A stretch of 64,000 nucleotides of DNA from Candidatus Poribacteria bacterium (GTDB taxonomy: Bacteria > Poribacteria > WGA-4E > JAJDTR01): contig CBDCTK010000002.1 in NCBI GenBank assembly GCA_965222225.1, forward strand, positions 4,768,001-4,832,000, given 5' to 3'. Below, piece by piece: positions 50,523 through 60,209 of this stretch (the first letter of the stretch is position 1; every line of letters begins with the position of its first letter). The notes under the pieces were generated by a model that had not been told where the DNA came from, did not search any database, and was given only the letters and a program-made list of their open reading frames with translations. The position numbers and the translations under genes were made by a program.

Positions 50523-52148
50523 CTATTGGACCTGCTTCATTTCCCCGGAGGTGTAGCGGCTCCAATAATCTCTGAGTTTTTCCAGTACCTTGGGCGCAAG
50601 AATGATACTTCCCACGATGTTTGGGAAAGCCATGCTGAGAATCAGCAAGTCTGAAAAAGCGAGCACATCCGATAGTTTATTGACGGCGCCGACGAGAATA
50701 AAGGCAACGAAAACAATCCTGAAGACAATGACAGTCTTCAAACCTGATCCCCCAAAGTGATCCAAGATATAAACCCAACCCCTTTCACCGTAGTAGCACC
50801 AAGAAATCATTGTGGAATAGGCGAAAAGTCCTATACTGATCGTGAGAATATAAGGGAACCAGCCAATAACACTCCCAAACGCTACTGTCGTTAGGGCAAC
50901 ACCAACGTTTTCCTGACCTGCTTGGACAATGCTAGGGTCATTCCAAGCCCCCGTGATGATCACCACTATAGCGGTCATGGAGCATACAATGATGGTATCA
51001 ATGAAGGGGCCAATCATCCCGATGATACCTTCCCGGACGGGTTCATCTGTCTTCGCCGCCGCATGAGCGATAGCCGCGCTGCCGAGCCCTGCCTCGTTGG
51101 AGAAGGAGGCGCGCCTTATTCCCCAAACAAAGACACCCACAATACCACCATAGAAAGCATTATCGGTGAACGCCATACTTAAAATCAGGCCGATAGTTGC
51201 AGGCACCTTCGTTATGTTTGTGAGAATTATAAAGAGTGATGCGATTACGTAGATGCCACACATCGCGGGGACAATTTTTGATGTTGCGGCACCAATGCGT
51301 TTAATTCCACCAATAATCACAACTCCGACCAACACAGCCATCATGACTCCAATAAGCCAGTTATAACTTTCAGGAATTCCGAACGTGCTCCTGAAGGCTT
51401 CGGCAGTCTGGTTAACTTGGAACATGTTACCGCCGCCGATTGCGCCGCCCATAATCATCACCGCATACATCACGGCAAGAACTTTTCCAGTAGGTTTCCA
51501 AAAACCGCCCATCTGTTTCAAACCGAGATCCACATAGTACATCGCGCCGCCGGAAATCGAGCCGTCACTGTTAACTTTGCGGTACATCTGAGACAGAACA
51601 CAGGTACAGAATTTTTCACCCGCCCCGAACACTGCCGCGAAGATCATCCAGAACACCGCGCCTGGACCGCCCAGCTGAATCGCGATAGCGACTCCCGCGA
51701 TATTTCCCAGCCCTACAGTTGCTGATAGCGCACTCGTGAGTGCACGGAAGTGCGAGATTTCTCCAGTGTCCTCGGGTCTATCGAATTTTCCGCGAATCAC
51801 GTCAATTGAATGTTTTAATCCTCGCACCGTAATCCACCGATACCAGAACGTGAAAAAGATACCTCCTAATATAAGCAGCATCACGAGAAATGGAACAGCG
51901 ACAACTCTTTTCTTAGGATTGCCGTCTTCATCGTAAACCGGCGCTCCATCTCGATTGACTTCATCTATCTGAACGGAGCCGAACGCTAAGTCGAAGAACA
52001 GGACGGCGTCAACCTTTTCATTCACCCATGCGAGGAGTGTGGGGTCTTCGTCTCCCTGTGCCCATACGGGCGTAAAACTTGAAATTGTCGACAACACAAG
52101 AATTACAACCATTGTCTTGACGCAAAACAATGAACTATTGCTTTCCAT
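50523..52148 (-). CDS. Alanine/glycine:cation symporter (AGCS family)
   Basis: ALSATVGLGNIAGVA, GGPGAVFWM, RRASFSNEAGLGSA, FIDTIIVC. Confidence 0.95.
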   Translation of the reverse strand: MESNSSLFCVKTMVVILVLSTISSFTPVWAQGDEDPTLLAWVNEKVDAVLFFDLAFGSVQIDEVNRDGAPVYDEDGNPKKRVVAVPFLVMLLILGGIFFTFWYRWITVRGLKHSIDVIRGKFDRPEDTGEISHFRALTSALSATVGLGNIAGVAIAIQLGGPGAVFWMIFAAVFGAGEKFCTCVLSQMYRKVNSDGSISGGAMYYVDLGLKQMGGFWKPTGKVLAVMYAVMIMGGAIGGGNMFQVNQTAEAFRSTFGIPESYNWLIGVMMAVLVGVVIIGGIKRIGAATSKIVPAMCGIYVIASLFIILTNITKVPATIGLILSMAFTDNAFYGGIVGVFVWGIRRASFSNEAGLGSAAIAHAAAKTDEPVREGIIGMIGPFIDTIIVCSMTAIVVIITGAWNDPSIVQAGQENVGVALTTVAFGSVIGWFPYILTISIGLFAYSTMISWCYYGERGWVYILDHFGGSGLKTVIVFRIVFVAFILVGAVNKLSDVLAFSDLLILSMAFPNIVGSIILAPKVLEKLRDYWSRYTSGEMKQVQ

Positions 52149-52418
52149 ATTTCTCCTCCTGCAATGTAAAATCTTCGCGATTCAACAAAATGGCCAGCAA
52201 AAACGATTGAGGTGATTGTTCATGCTGACAATGAAAAAGAGGGACCAACGATGTTTGAAAAATGTGGAAACTCCGGCTAACATAAGCCATATTGCCTCAC
52301 GGACAAGAATCCGTAAACGCACTCATTTTACACTTCATTATATGCGATGTTAATGTAAGCCACACAACGCTTGGAAAGGCAATTCGAAGATTCAATCAGG
52401 ACAATGACTATGGTCAAG

Positions 52419-53240
52419 TCATCTCTCTTCTACAGCAACAACCTGCCGAAAATCAAACTCAAAATCGACTTTGTGCCGATTTCCTCTGTTATCCGTGATG
52501 CGTACCTCGGGAATGACAACTTTCATATCCGTTGTGTCGATATTGAGTCGATTAAATACCAATAGCCCCATGCGCTTCGCGCCAGGAAAGAGTTTACTTC
52601 CGTCAAATAGGCTGGCACGCGTAAACATGCGGGTGTTATTCAACACACGCGAATCCGGCTGAACATGATACATCTGATACGGTGAGACATAGAAAGGATG
52701 GTAGCGCCGGTGATAAAACGGACGCCGGAAATAGTAGCGATACCGACTGCGGTAGTAAGAGCGCGGATAGGGGTAGTCATGCCAGTAGTCGATGTCGTGA
52801 TAACCGACGGTCTGCGGTGGTTCGTCTCGGTACAGATCTTTGAAGAAATCGTAGGGTAGGGATCCGTACTGTTCACCATGCTCATCGATTAGAATCGCAG
52901 TTTCACCCACTTCCACACGCTTATTGTCCGAGTTTTGCACAGTAATCTCAAAGACGGTATATAGCGGCTCAACGTTTCCCCAACGACTTACACCGATATA
53001 AGGGTTAATCTCCGGACGCTTTGTCAACTCAAACAGTTCAACTTCGTCCAAAGGCTCCACCGTAATCTCCACGCCATGTTGCTCAGTCGTTAATGCTCCG
53101 GTACGCTTATCAACCAGTGTTCCCTCTCTTCCGACTACAGGTTCTATATAGATGTCAACACGCGGCCTCGCAGCGCACGCCGCCAGAAAACTTATTAGCA
53201 GGAAAAGGGGAATGGATTTCCAAGATTCTCGATACATCAT
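52419..53240 (-). CDS. Hypothetical lipoprotein with a Tyr/Arg/His-rich insert
   Basis: Lipobox LAAC; AAGGAG RBS. Confidence 0.65.
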   Translation of the reverse strand: MMYRESWKSIPLFLLISFLAACAARPRVDIYIEPVVGREGTLVDKRTGALTTEQHGVEITVEPLDEVELFELTKRPEINPYIGVSRWGNVEPLYTVFEITVQNSDNKRVEVGETAILIDEHGEQYGSLPYDFFKDLYRDEPPQTVGYHDIDYWHDYPYPRSYYRSRYRYYFRRPFYHRRYHPFYVSPYQMYHVQPDSRVLNNTRMFTRASLFDGSKLFPGAKRMGLLVFNRLNIDTTDMKVVIPEVRITDNRGNRHKVDFEFDFRQVVAVEER

Positions 53241-53601
53241 CGTTTCACTCCTTTTTTATTGAATTGAAAAGCGATGGTATCTGCTTTCGGTAGTGGCACG
53301 GAGCAAATAAAATGCCACAATCGCTCTTCTCACCGTCTGGCGGAACGGTGGGAAGGTAGGACAATGAAATAATGTAGTTAGAAATCACGCAATTTCGATT
53401 GTAGACAACGTAGATCTGCGTTCCTTGCTTGCTAATTCATAGAAACACACAGGTGTAAAGATGAATACGTACATAAGGAATAAGGAGGGAACTCGATCGC
53501 GTGATTGTATTAACGGTGCGACAATCCTGTGTCAAATATGTTTCAACGCAACTCCAGGATCCGTTGGGACGTTGAACTTCAAAACCGATTCGTGGCAAAG
53601 G

Positions 53602-54003
53602 CTACAGTGTGATTACTTGGTCAGGTGGATTTCCAGCTAGGGCACCATACAGATCCGGAAAACAGCCCACTTGCACACCTTCAACGGTGTTTACAGTGCG
53701 AATTTCACCCGGTTCCGTCCGACCCGTTCCTTCTGCGTCACACCATCTTGGTACGCCTTCAGCCAAGTTGCGCTCCAAAGCGCACATATCACACATCATC
53801 AGAAGCATTCCACTCTCTTTGGCGACTTTCGCGAGCCGTTCTCCTATAGGATCCCCTTTACGCAAGACAAAGTTGTTGTCGTCGAAAAAGAACATCCCGA
53901 CAACTTCAACACCGTGCGTACCAGCCTCAAGTTGAGGCAAAATCATCCGAGCTAATTTGTAACTTGCGGTCCTCGGTAATGCAAATACATATGCTACCTT
54001 CAT
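53602..54003 (-). CDS. DsrE-related protein, SaoD-like
   Basis: MKVAYVF...MILPQLE..HG.EVVGMFFFDDN...CDMCA...GCFPDLY...DQVITL matches my recollection of the SaoD/DsrE family. Confidence 0.7.
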   Translation of the reverse strand: MKVAYVFALPRTASYKLARMILPQLEAGTHGVEVVGMFFFDDNNFVLRKGDPIGERLAKVAKESGMLLMMCDMCALERNLAEGVPRWCDAEGTGRTEPGEIRTVNTVEGVQVGCFPDLYGALAGNPPDQVITL

Positions 54004-54350
54004 CGTTTACAGTTTTTCCCTTCATTTGATTTGGTCAGAATTGAACTTTCCAAACGTGAGCCATCAATTGTACTCTCGCCCATATTGAGTGCATTCTAAA
54101 CGATGCTGCGTAGAGTGTCAAGCGCTTTTAGATGTCGCATCGTGCCTTGCTAACACTCCTTGCCCCTGAAATCAATTTTAACGCTACAAAAATGTTGTAT
54201 CCTCCAACAGGAAGGACAAGTCAGCCCGAAGATTAGCATGATGAAATGGTATGTAGGGCACGTCTCAATGCGCACAAATTCTGCCGAGTGGTACGCCAGA
54301 ATGAGGCATCTCGCAATACTACGCCATGCCCAACATAGTAAATCGGCGGA

Positions 54351-55355
54351 CTAGAATGTGAAGAGCGATTCAAGTGCTATGATGGTTTCTTCGGCATCAA
54401 GTCGTTGCTTAAATTCCGCGAGAAGTAACCAGTTGTCCGTTGCTGAATAAGATGGACTGAGGGTAAACTCTGTCGAACTGTCTTCATCATCCAGACTGAT
54501 ACCACTAAAGCGAAGGGTCACAGCAACTGGAGCTGATATCATATCCGCTAATGAAACATTCGCCATGCCGAGAAAGTGCATTCCGTTTTTGCCGTCAGCA
54601 CCCCAGTCCGTCAACATGTCAATTTCCCCGGCGAGCGTCAACGGTCCCTGCGCGAATTGCACCCATGCGTTGAGTTCGCTTTGTGAATAGTCCTCCATTT
54701 TGTCTATGGCGTAGCCGACCTTGGCGGTGAGTTGCTCCATTGGTGTCAATGCAACTTGCGCTTCGATACCCGGATTCTTCACGTCGGTATCATTCACATT
54801 CCAAACACCGGACAGGAGTGCGACATAGATTCCGACCTGTTTAGCGGGTTTCACATCAACTCCGATACCGTTATGGTAACCGGGATATGGAATTCCCTCA
54901 GAAAAGGAGTATTGAAACAGACCTGTCGGCTCTGCGGCTTCAAAACCCATAGCGCTGAGGAATCGCCCAGCTTTGATGCTTACTCCGGACACGGTCGATT
55001 CGGGTAACGTGTAAGTCACATACCCCTGTTCCAGTTGGACCACTTTTCCGCCAATTGTCCTTGCAGTACTATCAATGTCAACACGGGCGGCGACGGAACC
55101 CTGGTTTAGGTGAAAATCTAGCTCGAACTGATCAAAAGACAAACCTATATCTGTCTCATCACCACCACTAGTCGTAGTGCTTGACATGTCTAGGAAACCC
55201 GAGACCGATAAATCATCGGTCAACTTAATCTCCGCGGACGCGGAGCCGAGGGAAAATGTGAACACAAGAGCAATTACAGCGATTATACTTCTGTAACAGG
55301 CTTCAGATTTTGGATTTGACGAAATAATCATCAGTTTCCTCCGTTTTTGCTTCAA
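54351..55355 (-). CDS. Outer-membrane beta-barrel porin (OmpL/bbp2-like)
   Basis: Signal peptide, LEQGYVTY, GRFLSAMGFEAAEP..LFQYS, terminal Phe; true start probably near 55328. Confidence 0.7.
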   Translation of the reverse strand: MKQKRRKLMIISSNPKSEACYRSIIAVIALVFTFSLGSASAEIKLTDDLSVSGFLDMSSTTTSGGDETDIGLSFDQFELDFHLNQGSVAARVDIDSTARTIGGKVVQLEQGYVTYTLPESTVSGVSIKAGRFLSAMGFEAAEPTGLFQYSFSEGIPYPGYHNGIGVDVKPAKQVGIYVALLSGVWNVNDTDVKNPGIEAQVALTPMEQLTAKVGYAIDKMEDYSQSELNAWVQFAQGPLTLAGEIDMLTDWGADGKNGMHFLGMANVSLADMISAPVAVTLRFSGISLDDEDSSTEFTLSPSYSATDNWLLLAEFKQRLDAEETIIALESLFTF

Positions 55356-55935
55356 GAACAGTGAAGTGAAAGGTATGCCACGCCAAACCCGATGAAAAGC
55401 GGTCTACTGCGTGCGTATTCAGTCCTATATGGACAAGCTCTCCGCCCCGGGTAAAACGCCAAGGTTAAGTGGGCGTTGCTATACCACAGTCAACTCACGA
55501 TTTTGACGACTGGAATTCGGGCGTTTTGCCGGAACCCAATGTTTATTATAACCCAAGTTGCTACCTAGTTGAATTGAAAAATCGAGGGGTTTCGTTAGGA
55601 GTGAGGAGTTCACTATTACCTCAACACCTTCTTGAACAACTCCTTATTGAGGAAAATGCCTTGAAAATCCGATGACCTTGTCACTCATATGACCAAACAA
55701 TAGCTGTACCACCTACTCTCCGACCAGGCTCTAAACTCGACTTTGTACATTAGACAGCATAATAGACGATGTCAATCAAGTGTTCAAGAATAGAGAGAGT
55801 GATTTTAATTATCTAGTCTTCTTGGTAGACCATTGAAAAAGTCGTTAATGCTTTCTGATACGGTGTAATACCGTTTCGCTTGAATAATAGTGCATATGAT
55901 GTCATAACTAGATTGTCACATACTCCGTAGGCGGG

Positions 55936-55972
55936 GATCAAATGAGCGAATAGCGAATGCGATAGAGATCCC
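55936..55972 (+). repeat. 37-nt unit inside a GTAG REP-like hairpin
   Basis: gtaggcggg[gatcaaatgagcgaatagcgaatgcgatagagatccc]ttgccccgcc. Confidence 0.9.
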
Positions 55973-56174
55973 CTTGCCCCGCCGAATTTGCGCGGAGACG
56001 CGGAGATAAGACTTATTGTTCAGCTTCACGCAAGTTTCTTCACCTGATTCACGCTATCAATGCACAAGCATTCTAGAGAAATGGTATAACCTGTCGCCCC
56101 GCCGGGGCTTAGGTGCACCGGCGCTCGGCGTTTCTATAAACCTTCCGCCCCTCTGGGGCTTGCAAAAACTTAGC

Positions 56175-56211
56175 GGAATCCCTATTGCAATCGCTATTTG
56201 TTCTTTTGGTC
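56175..56211 (-). repeat. 37-nt unit, degenerate
   Basis: Minus strand gaccaaaagaacaaatagcgattgcaatagggattcc. Confidence 0.8.
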
Positions 56212-56393
56212 CCTATAAGAAATGGTGGGCAGTGCCCACCCTACAAATGTACAAAGTCGAGCTAAATTCTTGAGGTCGCTTCGTCTCTGATTCAATCGAG
56301 CTATTAAGTCAAGGGATGGTTCAGGAATTTCATCTTCGATTTGACGGTTGAAAATTGTATAAAACCATGCTAAATGGAGAAATCGCTTAAATT

Positions 56394-56496
56394 CCGTGTA
56401 ATCTGTGTAATCCGTTTAATCAGTGATTCAGACCGTTCTTATCGCATTCTCGCAACAATCGAAATCTCCCTGACAATTGTCTGAATCGCGGATTAA
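56394..56496. repeat. Inverted pair of aatc-rich REP-like repeats
   Basis: gtgtaatctgtgtaatccgtttaatcagtgattcagac ... gtctgaatcgcggattaa. Confidence 0.5.
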
Positions 56497-56734
56497 GAGA
56501 TCCCTATCGATCCCCTACCACCCCAATACGGTTTACCGCACTTGTAATCATTAACAACCTGATCTCGCCCAAAGAAACAGAATACACAGAACACCTAGGC
56601 TGTCACTATAGCCGCGCAAATGCCTGTCAACTTCAGAAACGTACCGAGCAACCGGTATTTGTGCAACAGAGTAAGTCCAATCAGGAACAGGAAGATTCCC
56701 AGAAATATCGTCATCGGTCAATCGCCTTGCCTAG

Positions 56735-57070
56735 TCAGTAGTTTCTGGAGATATACAGTGCTTTAAGCCGGTCGAACAATTCGCGGTCTTCGTCAATTCG
56801 CTTTTCTACACAACCCCCCCAAACCCCATAGAAATCGCCAATCTGGTCAAAAGTCTGCCCGTCAACCTCTTTCCTGACAATTTCAATCAATCGCCTATCG
56901 GGGAAAGACTCGTGCCACTCCGAACACGCTTTTCTTTCTTGCCACCACGACGAGGACTGGATGCCATCCTTGATAGCGGTAACAATCCAAATGACAATGA
57001 TGAGGATGATGACACCGATACAGCCGTCTCTATCTGACTCCGCCTTTGATAATTCCTCATTCTCACTCAT
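56735..57070 (-). CDS. Hypothetical single-TM protein
   Basis: One hydrophobic segment; GGGGG RBS-like sequence. Confidence 0.6.
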   Translation of the reverse strand: MSENEELSKAESDRDGCIGVIILIIVIWIVTAIKDGIQSSSWWQERKACSEWHESFPDRRLIEIVRKEVDGQTFDQIGDFYGVWGGCVEKRIDEDRELFDRLKALYISRNY

Positions 57071-57083
57071 AGTCGATCCCCCT

Positions 57084-57533
57084 TCACTTCAGTGTTGCCA
57101 AGCGATCGCCGTTCTTGTCCCATGTGCTTACCGTGCCGTTGCTGTGCTCGTTCACGCTCAGGGCGGCGCGCGATTTATTGCTTCCTTTTCCGTTGACCTA
57201 GACCCGCCCGCCATATTCATCGGTGTTTAGCCCTGCAGCCCATCTTCTCGCTTCGACGAAGACAGCCCCGCCGTCTTCATTGGCGCGCAGTTCTACTGCA
57301 CTCCCCCCTTTGCCCCACACCCAGATCCTTCCGTCTTCACCTTCATAGGCGCGCAGCCATATTCGAACGTTCTCTTTGGCATCCACCACCTTCAGCCCTG
57401 TGCAGATTATCTCCCCGAAAGTTGCGTCCCCGTTCTGCGCCCCGATTGGCATGACGGAACACACCGCCAGTGTTAGTACCGCACCGACACAACCACCAAT
57501 AACCGCATACAAACTGCCTTTTCGATTCATCAT
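57084..57533 (-). pseudogene. Secreted beta-repeat protein, paralog of 61040-61423, with an in-frame TAG
   Basis: MMNRKGSLYAVIGG...NGDATFGEIIC...GGRV-TAG-VNGKG...VSTWDKNGDRLATLK*; the paralog has Glu at the TAG position (57198-57200). Confidence 0.8.
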
Positions 57534-57541
57534 AAGATTTT

Positions 57542-58060
57542 CTATCGCCCTCGCTTTTTGCTTTGTTCCCTTGAGTATTGCCACAGTGCGCGGTCCAACT
57601 CCCGCATAGTGATCTCGTTTTCTTTCGCGGTACGCCGACAAAACGAGACATAACGTATCCATTCATCAAACGGTGGGGTGTTGGTCTCCTTCTTTACCCC
57701 GACGGTCTCTAAAGCCCGCCAATCGTAAATCGGATAACAGTCGTCATGAAACCAATGCAGGATGGCGGACGCGACGGGCAATCTTACGCCATGCAAACAG
57801 TACAAAACGTCGATTCTCGCCTTCTCGGTTTTCGCCTTGAGCGCAAATCCGGTCAATTCTTCGACAACCCTATCCTCATTTTTTTTGATATTGTGAGAGT
57901 TCCGTTTCGTCGCCTTCCACCTCGAGAGTGTCAACAAATCTGCCTTTCCCAGATAGCACTTACCTTTCACGTCATCCACCAGGCGCTCTACGGGCTTATC
58001 ATTGTCATCGTATTTAGACGCATAGTAGCAAATCTCGGATCTATCCATAAGTAATTCCAA
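57542..58060 (-). CDS. Helix-hairpin-helix DNA-glycosylase-like protein
   Basis: LSRWK, LHGVRLPVASAIL (HhH-like), YPIYD, RELDRALW. Confidence 0.55.
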   Translation of the reverse strand: MELLMDRSEICYYASKYDDNDKPVERLVDDVKGKCYLGKADLLTLSRWKATKRNSHNIKKNEDRVVEELTGFALKAKTEKARIDVLYCLHGVRLPVASAILHWFHDDCYPIYDWRALETVGVKKETNTPPFDEWIRYVSFCRRTAKENEITMRELDRALWQYSREQSKKRGR

Positions 58061-58072
58061 GTCTAATCCTCC

Positions 58073-58591
58073 TCACTTTTTTTGAACATACACCTCGAAA
58101 TCGGTGACGTGATCTCGTGAGTCTGTTTTAATCGTGTTTTGAACAACGCTGATAGCGTTGGTGCGTCTGTTGATGTCAATCCGGGTTTGGGCGTCAACTT
58201 CGGATTTCAATTTCCGCACTATCCTCCAAGTCTCGCCTTCCCACACATAGATATCAATGTTCTTAATCGGGTCAACAGTATCCATTCGGATGTACCGCAC
58301 AAATCGGGGCGAATCCATGCAGTAATAATAAACCATGCCTCGTCCGCGAGTATGCTCATATTTCGCCTGGCTTCTAAAAAAGACGTTATCTGCCATGCCT
58401 TTCATTATCTGCGTTGGGGACTTCCTCTTGAAGTGATGCTTGGATGCGGATTCTCTATAATACTTTAGTTCCACATAGTATTTGCCTTCTACCTGTTCTA
58501 TCCCGCCGCCGCCAAGGGATTGCCCAAGATCTTTCATCGGCGCACAACCGGACACGCCTATCAGAACGACAACACACATGATAGCTTTCAT
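58073..58591 (-). CDS. Hypothetical lipoprotein
   Basis: Lipobox VSGC; GGAGG RBS. Confidence 0.7.
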   Translation of the reverse strand: MKAIMCVVVLIGVSGCAPMKDLGQSLGGGGIEQVEGKYYVELKYYRESASKHHFKRKSPTQIMKGMADNVFFRSQAKYEHTRGRGMVYYYCMDSPRFVRYIRMDTVDPIKNIDIYVWEGETWRIVRKLKSEVDAQTRIDINRRTNAISVVQNTIKTDSRDHVTDFEVYVQKK

Positions 58592-58708
58592 CTCAAACCT
58601 CCTTGAAATTGTGAAAAATACAAAATTTTGGATTTTTGCGATTTGGGAATCCGCACTATGACTGCGTTTGTGGCATTGCCCCGGTTCTTACGCACAGAAA
58701 CAAGCACT

Positions 58709-59167
58709 TTACTGGAGCAACAGGTTCGCCTTATTTAACTCGGAGGCAAGTTTCTCAAGGAATAAGTTCGGGACTACTTCCTTTTCTAGTTTAGCCTGAC
58801 AAACGGGGAACGATTCATCTATCCCCTGACACTTCACCCGGACTTGCCACGGGTATGGATTCGTTCCAAACGCAATCCCCGGTGCGTCCAAGTGCTTTTC
58901 TGCCAATTCGACAAGCCTTCGCGTTCCGTCGGAACACTGAACAAACAATCCCGTCAAATCTCCACACTCGCAAATTACGAATCCTTCGTGCAAGAGCGCA
59001 TATTTCAGCGTCGTCCGGACTTGCCAATTTCTGTTTGTTAGGTCTCCATACTGCTCAACATTATCGGCAAGCACTAAATCACCTTCTTGCGTCTTCGCAT
59101 ATCTCATACGCAACTTGATTTCATCTCCTTGTGGTTTATTTGCCACACCTGAACTGAGCAACCGCAC
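58709..59167 (-). CDS. Hypothetical protein
   Basis: Co-oriented ORF; likely start at MRYAK near 59107 after GGAG. Confidence 0.5.
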   Translation of the reverse strand: MRLLSSGVANKPQGDEIKLRMRYAKTQEGDLVLADNVEQYGDLTNRNWQVRTTLKYALLHEGFVICECGDLTGLFVQCSDGTRRLVELAEKHLDAPGIAFGTNPYPWQVRVKCQGIDESFPVCQAKLEKEVVPNLFLEKLASELNKANLLLQ

Positions 59168-59268
59168 CCCGTTTTACCAGTCAGCCCGTGGACTGCTTTT
59201 CAGCCATTTGATAAAATCGATAAAACCCTTGGTACTCGCATCTTGTTGGCGCTGTCCTTCGTAACGTG

Positions 59269-60111
59269 CTAGGTGGTTGTCGCAATCCTGCTCCTTGCTA
59301 CAGCCTTGGAGATTGTCTTGATATACCGACGAAAATGCAGCAAAAGAATCTCCTGATCCTTGTTTAGCCAGTCTTGCTCAACTGTTTTTGGGTGTCCAAC
59401 TTCGTTTCGGTTCTCACGATATAAATTTGCAAGCCCTTCCAAGCGCTTCCGGAACTTTTGTTCAAAATGTTTATCGTCATTAAAGGCATTCGGAACAACA
59501 GTATCAGAAAGATATTGAATCAACCCCGCCATAGAGCCACTCTTTTGTTTCCGTTGTATTCCTGTCTGATACTCTGGGACATTCTCGCCTAGGGCGTCAG
59601 CCAGCCAGTGTATGGCTCGCTCTGAAGCAGCACCAAGGCAGATCACAGACGAAATGTACAACTCCTCTTGATAAGCTCGCAGACTTTCGAGGTAGTATTG
59701 TCGGACGACATCATCAAGTCCGCTGATTTGTTGTTCTAATGCAGACACGATTTCCTCGGGTTTGTCCACCAGAAGCAGAACATCGTTGTCAACGTGTGAC
59801 TTTATACCAATAGAGCTAAGACAAATGCGACATGCCCTCCCCGCATCATCGTACACTTTCACCACCAATCCCTTTCTCTCAAGATTAGCGATTGCTTCTG
59901 CGATTTTAACACGATCTTCTTCAGCGATGTCACCTCCTGAAACAGGAAATAAGTATCGTCCTATACCCTTGAAAGAATACGAATTCCAAGTATCCCAAGT
60001 GTTCAGATTTGCCTTGAACCAACGGAATAACACAATCGTGAACGAGTCGATGTCCATGGAACGCATTCGTTCACGTTCTTCGTCACTAAGATTTTGCGTT
60101 TGTCCAAACAT
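59269..60111 (-). CDS. Putative winged-helix + HEPN (DUF4145/Abi-like) protein
   Basis: EAIANLERKGLV (wHTH-like); YLESLRAY...SSVICLGAASE...YRENRNEVGHP with R-x4-H. Confidence 0.65.
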   Translation of the reverse strand: MFGQTQNLSDEERERMRSMDIDSFTIVLFRWFKANLNTWDTWNSYSFKGIGRYLFPVSGGDIAEEDRVKIAEAIANLERKGLVVKVYDDAGRACRICLSSIGIKSHVDNDVLLLVDKPEEIVSALEQQISGLDDVVRQYYLESLRAYQEELYISSVICLGAASERAIHWLADALGENVPEYQTGIQRKQKSGSMAGLIQYLSDTVVPNAFNDDKHFEQKFRKRLEGLANLYRENRNEVGHPKTVEQDWLNKDQEILLLHFRRYIKTISKAVARSRIATTT

Positions 60112-60209
60112 CGCTTTGAATCTCCTCTTAATTGTTCAAAGCGGAAAGAAGCATCCAATTATAATAAACGCTCTCCGCCAAGCCGTCAATCCCGCTTCTG
60201 CCAATTCGC

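Larger units (their letters stand above)
55736..56261. mobile_element. Composite MITE with nested elements
   Basis: Perfect 16-bp TIR CTCGACTTTGTACATT / AATGTACAAAGTCGAG, flanked by direct CTAAA (55731-55735, 56262-56266); inner TIR pair at 55866-55885 and 56070-56089. Confidence 0.8.

Noticed and set aside
52149-52400. Glycine riboswitch upstream of the AGCS symporter
   Set aside because: No GGAGA...CCGAAG...CTCTCAGG aptamer pattern visible.
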